A DNA stretch of 64,000 nt from Felis catus (taxonomy: Eukaryota): positions 39,124,001 to 39,188,000 of the forward strand of contig NC_058368.1 in the NCBI RefSeq assembly GCF_018350175.1, read 5' to 3'. The notes below the pieces were generated by a model that saw only the letters and a list, made by a program, of their open reading frames with translations, made no database searches and had not been told where the DNA came from. This document shows positions 26,361-37,414 of the stretch, in pieces. Numbering within the stretch: position 1 is the stretch's first letter; the number at the start of each line of letters is the position of its first letter. The position numbers and the translations under genes are program-made.

Positions 26361-26560
26361 ACCCTTTCTGCAATGCTAAAACTATTGAAAATGATGAAAG
26401 TAACCATACTGTCCCTATATGGTAGCCACTAGCAACATGTGTCTGTTGAATACTTGAATTGTGGTTAGTGGGACTAAAGATGTGAAATTTTAATCTTATT
26501 TAGTTTTAATTACATGAGTTGAAATATAAAGAGCTACATGTGGCTAGTAGCTTCCACATG
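26361..26560 (+). mobile_element. hAT-Charlie MITE (MER3-like)
   Basis: GGTAGCCACTAGCAACATGTG...TACTTGAATTGTGGTTAGTG...CTACATGTGGCTAGTAGCT internal inverted structure. Confidence 0.8.
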
Positions 26561-26673
26561 TAGCTTTTACTTATAGCAGAACAGTAAAAATGCCCTTCTG
26601 AAATCATGCCACTTTCAGATTCAAATTTCTCCAAGTCTCTCTGTTATCCTTAAGGTTAAGCTCAGTTCTCTAC

Positions 26674-27112
26674 TGTGGGAAAATAGGTTCTACTTACATA
26701 AATGGGTTAGAAGAAAGCTTAGGGCAGAAAGCCGCCACCACGGGGCAAAAGTGCCCAAGGTTAGCTAGCAGGTTATTGTAACTGGATCATGAGTAACTTG
26801 TTATATCACCTGCAGGAAATTACTTTCCATCTGGTGCCAATATAATTTGATTACAAACTCCACTTGCCCCCCAGACCCTTTGCTGACACACACAAGTTAA
26901 TGATTACTGTCTGATTGTTTTCTCCATGCATACATCTCCAGATGTGTAAGATCTTGTTTTCTTCACATTCACCACAGTGAGCTCAATAAATACAGAGATG
27001 AAACCCCTGTTCGGGCTCTTGTCTCCTCTCGGACAGTAGCCTCTCTCGTATTCAATTCTGCATCTCCTCTCTTGCTGGACAAGAGAGAACTCCAGACCCA
27101 TAGTCTGCGATA
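26674..27112 (+). mobile_element. ERV solo LTR inserted in an L2 remnant
   Basis: Begins TGTGGGAA, ends TGCGATA (decayed CA end), AATAAA at ~26985, U5-like pyrimidine-rich end; flanks CTCTAC / TCCTAC resemble a short TSD. Confidence 0.75.
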
Positions 27113-27639
27113 TCCTACAATAGCCAAATATATTTGGTCCCTTCATCTGAAGGACCCAGTTTAATAATCTAACTCGATTTCTGTTTTTTATCCCTTAGCT
27201 TACTCTACCCTGGTCTTGAAATCAACCTGTTTATTCTTCAGCATGTTACTCTAAGGGAGAAGATGACATGTTTGTGCTTCAAGGTCCATATATTAGCTGT
27301 AGCCTCATCCTGCAACACTGTCCTTACAGATATTTTTATGACTTGCTTCCTAATGTGTTTGATCTCTCCTAAGTGACTATACTTTAGAGAATCCCTCTTA
27401 TTTAAGATAATAATCCCCATTACTCTCTTCTCCATGATATGCTTCCTGTTTCTATATAACACAGATCAATTTTTAAAATGTATAAGAATGTATAGTAATG
27501 AACATGAGTTTGTATAATGGTTTATTGTCTTCATGAGAACAGAATATTTGTTTATAGCTCAAGTTTCAGAAGCTGGAAGAGAGACTTCTATATAACTAAG
27601 ATTTAATACATACTCTTTGTCCAAATAGACAAAAAATTA

Positions 27640-27702
27640 TTAATATATATATATAATATATATATTTATATATATATAATATATATATTATATATATATA
27701 TA
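27640..27702. repeat. Imperfect (TA)n microsatellite
   Basis: Direct reading. Confidence 0.9.
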
Positions 27703-28257
27703 ACATTTATATTAATAAAATATAAAACTTTAGAATGGCAGTATACATTCTTCAAGGAATTTGAAAATTACATATATTCAAAATTTTAAAAGAAAAGCAA
27801 CAAGTCTTGATCAAAGTTAAAGTCATTCAAAAATATTAGAGTGCTATATAAAAATTCAAAGTCATGCCATATTGATAGATGTAAGTATGACAAAAATCTA
27901 TTTTTCATGTCATTTTAAAAATAAAAAAATAAAAAAATAGAATGAGCAAAAAACAGGCAAATGGTTTAAAATAATTACAAAAAAAGGTGGCATCATGAAC
28001 TTAATTTCAAACAAGTATGAACTGAGGGCAATTAATTAAAAACAGTATGGCCACAAATAGGATAAAGGATGTAGTCTGTAATTAAGATCTATAAGCTGGG
28101 CCTTGTTAGCTTTCATATATTTGTTAGAACTGCAGTGTACTTTTAAACTATGATTTGTACTTGTAAATTTAGGAAATATTAACATATCCTTAAAATATGG
28201 TGCTTAACAAATTGTTGTATTTTGGTTCAGTGCAGAATTCATCTATTTAAAAAAAAA

Positions 28258-28459
28258 TTTTAATGTTTATTTACTTTTGAGAGACAGAGAGATAGTGGGG
28301 AAGGGGTAGAGAGAGAGAGGGAGACACAGAATCTCAAGCAGGCTCTAGGCTCTGAGCTGTCAGCACAGAGCCCAAAGCGGGGGTGAAACTCATGGAGTGT
28401 GAGATCATGACCTGAGATGAAGTTGATGCTTAGACGACTGAGCCCCCCCAGGCACCCCC
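28258..28459 (-). mobile_element. Can-SINE
   Basis: TSD AGAATTCATCTATTT / AGAATGCATCCATTT. Confidence 0.93.
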
Positions 28460-29241
28460 AGAATGCATCCATTTTTAATAGCACACCAGTGACATGCCAT
28501 TAAGTTACAGATGTATGGTGATAACCCATAGTAGTATACTTCTGATCACTTAGCTCAACCTTCTTGTCTAGGTAAAGGGAATTACTCTTTATCAATGCTG
28601 TGTGTACAAATACAGGCAGAAATAATAGAATCATTTGTTCGTTAATTCTGTTACCTCCATAAACATTTTTACGATACCTTGCTGTTTTACAATAATCTTA
28701 TTACGTGTTGAAAATAATATGGCAAGTAATTTAATTTTGGTAAATTAAGGTGGTTGTATTAAATAAGGATAAATGTGATGAATCTCTTGTGGACTAAGAT
28801 CTATTTAGCACATAATTCAGTTGAAAATATCTGCTGATTTTGTATTAATTGGAAGGTATAACATTTGAAAAACTTTGTAGTCTCATTTAGATTTTATTTG
28901 CAACAAATTATGGGTAATGCATTTGGGACTTCTCAGATATTTGTAAACGAATAGATACCCATAGTAAAAGGCATTTATACCTAAGAAAACAAAATATTAA
29001 TTTTGACTACAGTAATTATTTTCATAATTAACATTTGTTCAGCCAAATGCAATTTTTAATGTGAACTAATGAGTGTGTTAGGAGGAAACAGCCATACACA
29101 ATGTATAGGAGCATTTGTGTACTCCACAAATCCAGAGAGGAACAGTGGATGGGCAATAATGAAAATAATATCCCATATACTGTGCAACGATGTGTCATTC
29201 ATTATTGTATAATGATACCACTTGAAATCTTGTATTTTGTT

Positions 29242-29447
29242 GGGGCACCTGGGTGGCTTAGGTGGCTAAGTGCCCAACTATAGGTTTCACCTCAGGTCAC
29301 CATCTCTTGGTTTGTGAACTTGAGACCCACTTCAGGCTCCACACTGTTAGCATGAAGCCTGCTTGGGATTCTCTCTGACCCTCTCTTTGCCCCTCCCCCT
29401 CTTGCTCTCTCTGTCTCTCAAAGTAAGTAACTTTAAATTTTTAAAAA
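29242..29447 (+). mobile_element. Can-SINE
   Basis: GGGGCACCTGGGTGGCTTAG head, CT-rich region. Confidence 0.92.
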
Positions 29448-29581
29448 TATTTTATCATGTACTCATGCCCATTTTTGTAACATTGTAGCATAGTTGATCT
29501 TCTCTATTCCAGTTTTATTTCAGGAAAAAAATTGGGGCAAAATTATTTGTATTTGATTTCGTATCAAGAATAAGTTTAATA

Positions 29582-29719
29582 GGGGCACCTGGGTGACTCT
29601 GTTGGTTAAGTATCTGACTCTTGATTTTGGCTCAGGTCATGATTTCACAGTCATGAGATTGTGCCCCACAGGTCTGGCTCTGCACTGGGCTTAGAGCCTG
29701 CTTAAGATTCTTTCCCTCT
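29582..29719 (+). mobile_element. Can-SINE, 5' part (interrupted by the full-length L1)
   Basis: GGGGCACCTGGGTGACTC...GGCTCAGGTCATGAT...GAGCCTGCTTAAGATTCTTTCCCTCT, then the L1 begins. Confidence 0.92.
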
Positions 29720-30649
29720 GGGAGAAGCGGCAAGATGGCAGCTTAGGAGGACGCTGGGCTCACCTCGCGTCCTGCTGATCACTTAGATTCCACCTACACC
29801 TGCCTAAATAACCCAGAAAACCGCCAGAGGATTAGCAGAACGGAGTCGCCGGAGCCAAACACAGACGAGAGGCCCACGGAAGAGGGTAGGAAGGGCGGCG
29901 AGGCTGTGCGCGCTCCACGGACTGGCGGGAGGGAGCCGGGGTGGAGGGGCGGCTCGTCGGCCAAGCAGAGCCCCCGAGTCTGGCTTGCAAAAGCGGAGGG
30001 GCCTGACGGACTGTGTTCCCACAACAAGCGCGACTTAGCGTCTGGGAGGTCATAAGTTAACAGCTCTGCTCGGAAAGCGGGAAGGCTGGAGGACAAAGGG
30101 AGGGAGAGCTGCTGAGCCCCCTGACGACAGAGCTCAGTTTGGTGGGGAACAAAGGCGCTCGCCAGCGCCATCTCCCCCGCCCATCCCCCAGCCAAAATCC
30201 CAAAGAGAACCAGTTCCTGCCAGGGAACTTGCTCGCTCCGCGCAAACACCCAACTCTGTGCTTCTGCGGAGCCAAACCTCCGGCAGCGGATCTGACTCCC
30301 TCCCGCTGCCACAGGGCCCCTCCTGAAGAGGATCACCTAAGGAGAAGCGATCTAAGCCTGCCCCTCCTGCCCCTGTGCACCTTGCCTACCCACCCCAGCT
30401 AATACGCCAGATCCCCAGCATCACAAGCCTGGCAGTGTGCAAGTAGCCCAGACGGGCCACACCACCCCACAGTGAATCCTGCCCCTAGGAGAGGGGAAGA
30501 GAAGGCACACACCAGTCTGACTGTGGCCCCAGCGGTGGGCTGGGGGCAGACATCAGGTCTGACTGCGGCCCCGCCCACCAACTCCAGTTATACACCACAG
30601 CACAGGGGAAGTGCCCTGCAGGTCCTCACCACGCCAGGGACTATCCAAA
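29720..30649 (+). promoter_or_regulatory. L1 5'UTR internal Pol II promoter / CpG-rich island, YY1-like motif
   Basis: Only extended CpG-rich stretch in the window; CAAGATGGC at 29731-29739 matches the YY1 site typical of L1 5' ends. Confidence 0.8.
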
Positions 30650-31543
30650 ATGACCAAGCGGAAGAATTCCCCTCAGAAGAATCTCCAGGAAATAACAACA
30701 GCTAATGAGCTGATCAAAAAGGATTTAAATAATATAACAGAAAGTGAATTTAGAATAATAGTCATAAAATTAATCGCTGGGCTTGAAAACAGTATACAGG
30801 ACAGCAGAGAATCTCTTGCTACAGAGATCAAGGGACTAAGGAACAGTCACGAGGAGCTGAAAAACGCTTTAAACGAAATGCATAACAAAATGGAAACCAC
30901 CACAGCTTGGCTTGAAGAGGCAGAGGAGAGAATAGGTGAACTAGAAGATAAAGTTATGGAAAAAGAGGAAGCTGAGAAAAAGAGAGAGAAAAAAATCCAG
31001 GAGTATGAGGGGAAAATTAGAGAACCAAGTGATACACTAAAAAGAAATAATATACGCATAATTGGTATCCCAGAGGAGGAAGAGAGAGGGAAAGGTGCTG
31101 AAGGGGTACTTGAAGAAATCATAGCTGAGAACTTCCCTGAACTGGGGAAGGAAAAAGGCATTGAAATCCAAGAGGCACAGAGAACTCCCTTCAGACGTAA
31201 CTTGAATCGATCTTCTGCACGACATATCATAGTGAAACTGGCAAAATACAAGGATAAAGAGAAAATTCTGAAAGCAGCAAGGGGTAAACGTGCCCTCACA
31301 TATAAAGGGAGACCTATAAGACTCCTGACTGATCTCTCTTTTGAAACTTGGAAGACCAGAAAGGAATGGCAGGAGATCTTCAATGTGATGAACAGAAAAA
31401 ATATGCAGCCGAGAATCCTTTATCCAGCAAGTCTGTCATTTAGAATAGAAGGAGAGATAAAGGTCTTCCCAAACAAACAAAAACTGAAGGAATTTGTCAC
31501 CACTAAACCAGCCCTACAAGAGATCCTAAGGGGGACCCTGTGA
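30650..31543 (+). CDS. LINE-1 ORF1p (RNA-binding/chaperone; coiled coil, RRM, CTD), 297 aa, frame intact
   Basis: ATG at 30650 ([10 protein letters not shown]...); coiled-coil heptads, [17 protein letters not shown] and ILYPASLSF motifs; TGA ends at 31543. Confidence 0.95.
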   Translation: MTKRKNSPQKNLQEITTANELIKKDLNNITESEFRIIVIKLIAGLENSIQDSRESLATEIKGLRNSHEELKNALNEMHNKMETTTAWLEEAEERIGELEDKVMEKEEAEKKREKKIQEYEGKIREPSDTLKRNNIRIIGIPEEEERGKGAEGVLEEIIAENFPELGKEKGIEIQEAQRTPFRRNLNRSSARHIIVKLAKYKDKEKILKAARGKRALTYKGRPIRLLTDLSFETWKTRKEWQEIFNVMNRKNMQPRILYPASLSFRIEGEIKVFPNKQKLKEFVTTKPALQEILRGTL

Positions 31544-31593
31544 GACAAAGTCCCAGAGACATCACTACAAGCATAAAACATACAGACATCAAA

Positions 31594-34500
31594 ATGACTC
31601 TAAACCCATATCTTTCTATAATAACACTGAATGTAAATGGATTAAATGCACCAACCAAAAGACATAGGGTATCAGAATGGATAAAAAAACAAGACCCATC
31701 TATTTGCTGTCTACAAGAGACTGATTTTAGACCTGAGGACACCTTTAGATTGAGAGTGAGGGGATGGAGAACTGTTTATCATGCGACTGGAAGCCAAAAG
31801 AAAGCTGGAGTAGCCATACTTATATCAGACAAACTAGACTTTAAATTAAAGGCTGTAACAAGAGATGAAGAAGGACATTATATAATAATTACAGGGTCTA
31901 TCCATCAGGAAGAGCTAACAATTATAAATGTCTATGTGCCGAATACCGGAGCCCCCAAATATATAAAACAATTACTCATAAACATAAGCAACCTTATTGA
32001 TAAGAATGTGGTAATTGCAGGGGACTTTAACACCCCACTTACAGAAATGGACAGATCATCTAGACACACGGTCAATAAAGAAACAAGGGCCCTGAATGAG
32101 ACATTGGATCAGATGGACTTGACAGATATATTTAGAACTCTGCATCCCAAAGCAACAGAATATACTTTCTTCTCGAGTGCACATGGAACATTCTCTAAGA
32201 TAGATCATATACTGGGTCACAAAACAGCCCTTCATAAGTTTACAAGAATTGAAATTATACCATGCATACTTTCAGACCACAATGCTATGAAGCTTGAAAT
32301 CAACCACAGAAAAAAGTCTGGAAAACCTCCAAAGGCATGGAGGTTAAAGAACACCCTACTAACGAATGAGTGGGTCAACCAGGCAATTAGAGAAGAAATT
32401 AAAAAATATATGGAAACAAACGAAAATGAAAATACAACAATCCAAACGCTTTGGGACGCAGCGAAGGCAGTCCTGAGAGGAAAATACATTGCAATCCAGG
32501 CCTATCTCAAGAAACAAGAAAAATCCCAAATACAAAATCTAACAGCACACCTAAAGGAACTAGAAGCAGAACAGCAAAGGCAGCCTAAACCCAGCAGAAG
32601 AAGAGAAATAATAAAGATCAGAGCAGAAATAAACAATATAGAATCTAAAAAAACTGTAGAGCAGATCAACGAAACCAAGAGTTGGTTTTTTGAAAAAATA
32701 AACAAAATTGACAAACCTCTAGCCAGGCTTCTCAAAAAGAAAAGGGAAATGACCCAAATAGATAAAATCATGAATGAAAATGGAATTATTACAACCAATC
32801 CCTCAGAGATACAAACAATTATCAGGGAATACTATGAAAAATTATATGCCAACAAATTGGACAACCTGGAAGAAATGGACCAATTCCTGAACACCCACAC
32901 TGTTCCAAAACTCAATCAGGAGGAAATAGAAAGCTTGAACAGATCCATAACCAGCGAAGAAATTGAATCGGTTATCAAAAATCTCCCAACAAATAAGAGT
33001 CCAGGACCAGATGGCTTCCCAGGGGAGTTCTACCAGACGTTTAAAGCAGAGATAATACCTATCCTTCTCAAGCTATTCCAAGAAATAGAAAGGGAAGGAA
33101 AACTTCCAGACTCATTCTATGAAGCCAGTATTACTTTGATTCCTAAACCAGACAGAGACCCAGTAAAAAAAGAGAACTACAGGCCAATATCCCTGATGAA
33201 TATGGATGCAAAAATTCTCAATAAGATACTAGCAAATCGAATTCAACGGCATATAAAAAGAATTATTCACCATGATCAAGTGGGATTCATTCCTGGGATG
33301 CAGGACTGGTTCAACATTCACAAATCAATCAACGTGATACATCACATTAACAAAAAAAAGAGAAGAACCATATGATCCTGTCAATCGATGCAGAAAAGGC
33401 CTTTGACAAAATCCAGCACCCTTTCTTAATAAAAACCCTTGAGAAAGTTGGGATAGAAGGAACATACTTAAAGATCAAAAAAGCCATTTATGAAAAGCCC
33501 ACAGCTAACATCATCCTCAATGGGGAAAAACTGAGAGCTTTTTCCCTGAGATCAGGAACACGACAAGGATGCCCACTCTCACTGCTGCTGTTTAACATAG
33601 TGCTGGAAGTTCTAGCATCAGCAATCAGACAACAAAAGGAAATCAAAGGCATCCAAATTGGCAAAGATGAAGTCAAGCTTTCGCTTTTTGCAGATGACAT
33701 GATATTATACATGGAAAATCCGATAGACTCCACCAAAAGTCTACTAGAACTGATACAGGAATTCAGCAAAGTTGCAGGATACAAAATCAATGTACAGAAA
33801 TCAGTTGCATTCTTATACACTAACAATGAAGCAACAGAAAGACAAATAAAGAAACTGATCCCATTCACAATTGCATCAAGAAGCATAAAATACCTAGGAA
33901 TAAATCTAACCAAAGATGTAAAGGATCTGTATGCTGAAAACTATAGAAAGCTTATGAAGGAAATTGAAGAGATTTAAAGAAATGGAAAGACATTCCCTGC
34001 TCATGGATTGGAAAAATAAATATTGTCAAAATGTCAATACTACCCAAAGCTATCTACACATTCAATGCAATCCCAATCAAAATTGCACCAGCATTCTTCT
34101 CGAAACTAGAACAAGCAATCCTACAATTCATATGGAACCACAAAAGGCCCCGAATAGCCAAAGGAATTTTGAAGAAGAAGACCAAAGCAGGAGGCATCAC
34201 AATCCCAGACTTTAGCCTCTACTACAAAGCTGTCATCATCAAGACAGCATGGTATTGGCACAAAAACAGACACATAGACCAATGGACTAGAATAGAAACC
34301 CCAGAACTAGACCCACAAACGTATGGCCAACTCATCTTTGACAAAGCAGGAAAGAACATCCAATGGAAAAAAGACAGCCTCTTTAACAAATGGTGCTGGG
34401 AGAACTGGACAGCAACATGCAGAAGGTTGAAACTAGACCACTTTCTCACACCATTCACAAAAATAAACTCCAAATGGATAAAGGACCTAAATGTGAGACA

Positions 34501-35416
34501 GGAAACCATCCAAACCTTAGAGGAGAAAGCAGGAAAAGACCTCTCTGACCTCAGCCGTAGCAATCTCTTACTCGACACATCCCCAAAGGCAAGGGAATTA
34601 AAAGCAAAAGTGAATTACTGGGACCTTATGAAGATAAAAAGCTTCTGCACAGCAAAGGAAACAACCAACAAAACTAAAAGGCAACCAACGGAATGGGAAA
34701 AGATATTCGCAAATGACATATCAGACAAAGGGCTAATATCCAAAATCTATAAAGAGCTCACCAAACTCCACACCCGAAAAACAAATAACCCAGTGAAGAA
34801 ATGGGCAGAAAACATGAATAGACACTTCTCTAAAGAAGACATCCAGATGGCCAACAGGCACATGAAAAGATGTTCAGCGTCGCTCCTTATCAGGGAAATA
34901 CAAATCAAAACCACACTCAGGTATCACCTCACGCCAGTCAGAGTGGCCAAAATGAACAAATCAGGAGACTCTAGATGCTGGAGAGGATGTGGAGAAACGG
35001 GAACCCTCTTGCACTGTTGGTGGGAATGCAAATTGGTGCAGCCGCTCTGGAAAGCAGTGTGGAGGTTCCTCAGAAAATTAAAAATAGACCTACCCTATGA
35101 CCCAGCAATAGCACTGCTAGGAATTTATCCAAGGGATACAGGAGTACTGATGCATAGGGCCACTTGTACCCCAATGTTCATAGCAGCACTCTCAACAATA
35201 GCCAAATTATGGAAAGAGCCTAAATGTCCATCAACTGATGAATGGATAAAGAAATTGTGGTTTATATACACAATGGAATATTACGTGGCAATGAGAAAAA
35301 ATGAAATATGGCCTTTTGTAGCAACGTGGATGGAACTGGAGAGTGTGATGCTAAGTGAAATAAGCCATACAGAGAAAGACAGATACCATATGGTTTCACT
35401 CTTATGTGGACCCTGA
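31594..35416 (+). pseudogene. LINE-1 ORF2p (APE endonuclease, reverse transcriptase, Cys-rich C-terminus) disrupted by two frameshifts
   Basis: ATG 31594 ([18 protein letters not shown]); GDFN, SKIDH and SDH endonuclease motifs; [21 protein letters not shown] motifs; [18 protein letters not shown]. Split over three frames by 1-bp losses in the A-run at ~33352-33359 and at ~33969. Confidence 0.95.
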
Positions 35417-35661
35417 GAAACTTAACAGGAACCCATGGGGGAGGGGAAGGAAAAAAAAACAAACAGGTTAGAGTGGGAGAGAGCCAAAGCATAAGAGACT
35501 CTTAAAAACTGAGAACAAACTGAGGGTTGATGGGGGGTGGGAGGGAGGAGAGGGTGGGTGATGGGTATTGAGGAGGGCACCTTTTGGGATGAGCACTGGG
35601 TGTTGTATGGAAACCAATTTGTCAATAAATTTCATATAAAAAAAAAAGATTCTTTCCCTCT

Positions 35662-35727
35662 TCCTCTGCCCCTCCCCCACTCGTGCACAAGCCCTCTCAA
35701 TCAATCAATAAACAAACAAACAATAAA
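35662..35727 (+). mobile_element. Can-SINE, 3' part (continuation of 29582-29719)
   Basis: TCCTCTGCCCCTCCCCCACTCG...AATAAAC A-rich tail resumes directly after the L1 TSD. Confidence 0.9.
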
Positions 35728-36927
35728 ACTGTTAAATTATTCAATGTTATTTAAGAGAAAAACTCTCCAAAATGGGTAAGTTCTATTGGGAAATATGCAT
35801 CTTCATAGTAGGATAAATCACTGGTAAAATTTAAAAAAATAATAATAAAAGATTGGTTTTAAAAAATCAGTATTTTTTGTTTTATTCCAAGAAAATAAAA
35901 AGCATGTATCCAGCAAACTTTGAAATGATGTCTTGAGTATCTGGTGATCAGAAACATTAAAAAGTAAAGCAATAAAACCATTTTTTTCTAACAAAAAATG
36001 GCAACATCAAAATTTTGGTAGTTTTTGATAGGGCTAAAAAACACCGTCATACACTCTAATTTATGTTTTATTGTTATTTTAATGATTTTTTTGTTTATTA
36101 CATTGATAATTCATTATTACATGCTGGAAATATTTTGACATTTTTTACAGTGATCTCCTTTAATGATAAAGTACGTATTTAAACGGTGCAATAATTTATC
36201 TTGGTTTCCGTATATTATTTCAGTAAATGATGACTTTCCTTTGCAACATATATATATGATTTCTGTTTTGTGTTGTGTTGGGTTTAATGAAAATGCCCTG
36301 GGATTTCAGTATAAATGTCGGTGCTTCCTTTGGTTTTCTGATAAAGGCAGTTTACTTGTTATTTCTATATTCCTTAGAGATGGTCTTTTGCTTTCTTTTT
36401 TAAATTATCGGTATCAAATAAACTTTGTACTTAATCCATCATAGTACTTTTCGGTTTTTTCAGATCCTGTTTTGTTTTCTCTTACCCTGTGTATGGAACC
36501 ACTGAGGGAATGGAACTTCATTATCAGATGTGTGCTCTTGGTTATTCTTTGCTTGACCTTGGGCTCTGCCATTTTCTTTTATAGGCAGTTTTCTCTGAGA
36601 TGTTTGGCTTATCATCAGCCTGTGCAGTATCCAGTTTTTATAATGTATTCTCTTTTAACATAGAAAATGTTCAACTTACTCATATCACATTCTAACCTAC
36701 ATCATATCTACTTATGACAACAGGAAGATTTCTAGTATTTCAGAGCATTTGTATTTGTTTATGTACAAATTTGTATTTGTTACAAAATAATTGCACACCT
36801 TTCTATGTTGTTTAAGATTTGTTGAATTTTATAAAGATACTTGTAGTTTGATGGCACTCATAGTAAAGAAACAATATACTGTGTACACTTGCAATATACC
36901 AGGCCCTCTTCTAGGCACTTTATTTTT

Positions 36928-37414
36928 TTTTAAGTTTTTATTTAAACTCCAGTTAGTTAACATACAGCGTACTGTTAGTTTCAGGTGTACGACGTAGTGA
37001 TGCAACAATTCCGTACAAAACCCAGTGCTCATCACAAGTGCACTCCTTAATTTCCATCACCTATTTAGCGCATCTCCCCACCCGCCTCCCCTCTGGTTTG
37101 TTCTTTGTAGTTAGGAGTCAGTTTCTTTGTTTGTCTCTCTCTTTTTCTCTATGCTCATTTGTCTTGTTTCTTAAATTCCACATATAAGTGAAATCATATG
37201 GTATTTATCTTTCTCTGACATATTTTGGTTAACATAATACTCTCCAGTTCCATCCATGTTGTCGCAAATGGCAAGATTTCATTCTTTTTTAAGGTTGAGT
37301 GATATTCCATTGTATAGCTATACCACATCTTCTTTATTTAGCAATCAGTTGATGGACATCTGGGCTGTTTCCATTATTTGGCTGTTGTTGATAATACTGC
37401 ATCAAGGGTGCATG
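36928..37414 (-). mobile_element. 5'-truncated carnivore L1 3' end (older subfamily)
   Basis: Antisense L1 3' end (CCCAGTGCTCATC, GAAATCATATGGTATTT, GCAAATGGCAAGATTTCATTC) with T-tail; imperfect TSD TAGGCACTTTATTTTT / TAGGCAGTTTCTTTTT. Confidence 0.9.

Larger units (their letters stand above)
25740..27560. mobile_element. L2 LINE remnant (hosts the MER3 and an LTR)
   Basis: Degenerate L2-like pyrimidine-rich sequence (GCAGCATTTAAAATAGTTGCTAACTC...CTTCATGAAAC). Confidence 0.55.
29720..35645 (+). mobile_element. Full-length felid/carnivore LINE-1 (~5.9 kb)
   Basis: Starts GGGAGAAGCGGCAAGATGGC; GC/CpG-rich 5'UTR, ORF1, 50-nt spacer, ORF2, G-rich 3'UTR, AATAAA and A-tail; perfect 16-bp TSD AAGATTCTTTCCCTCT at 29704-29719 and 35646-35661; TT/AAGA endonuclease site. 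Confidence 0.98.

Noticed and set aside
30611..30649. N-terminal extension of ORF1 (and of ORF2 at 31540-31593) in the ORF track
   Set aside because: These start at GTG codons; the ATG starts at 30650 and 31594 fit canonical L1 proteins.
30847..34578. Minus-strand ORFs of 79-178 aa overlapping the L1
   Set aside because: Antisense shadows of A-rich L1 ORF1/ORF2, with no independent support.
35531..35565. G-quadruplex-like G-rich tract
   Set aside because: A standard feature of L1 3'UTRs; not novel.
36472..36663. 63-aa ORF with a hydrophobic stretch (CVLLVILCLTLGSA) resembling a signal peptide
   Set aside because: T-rich DNA readily gives hydrophobic peptides; no recognisable homology or exon chain. 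The region might be an ancient transposon remnant, but I could not support that either.
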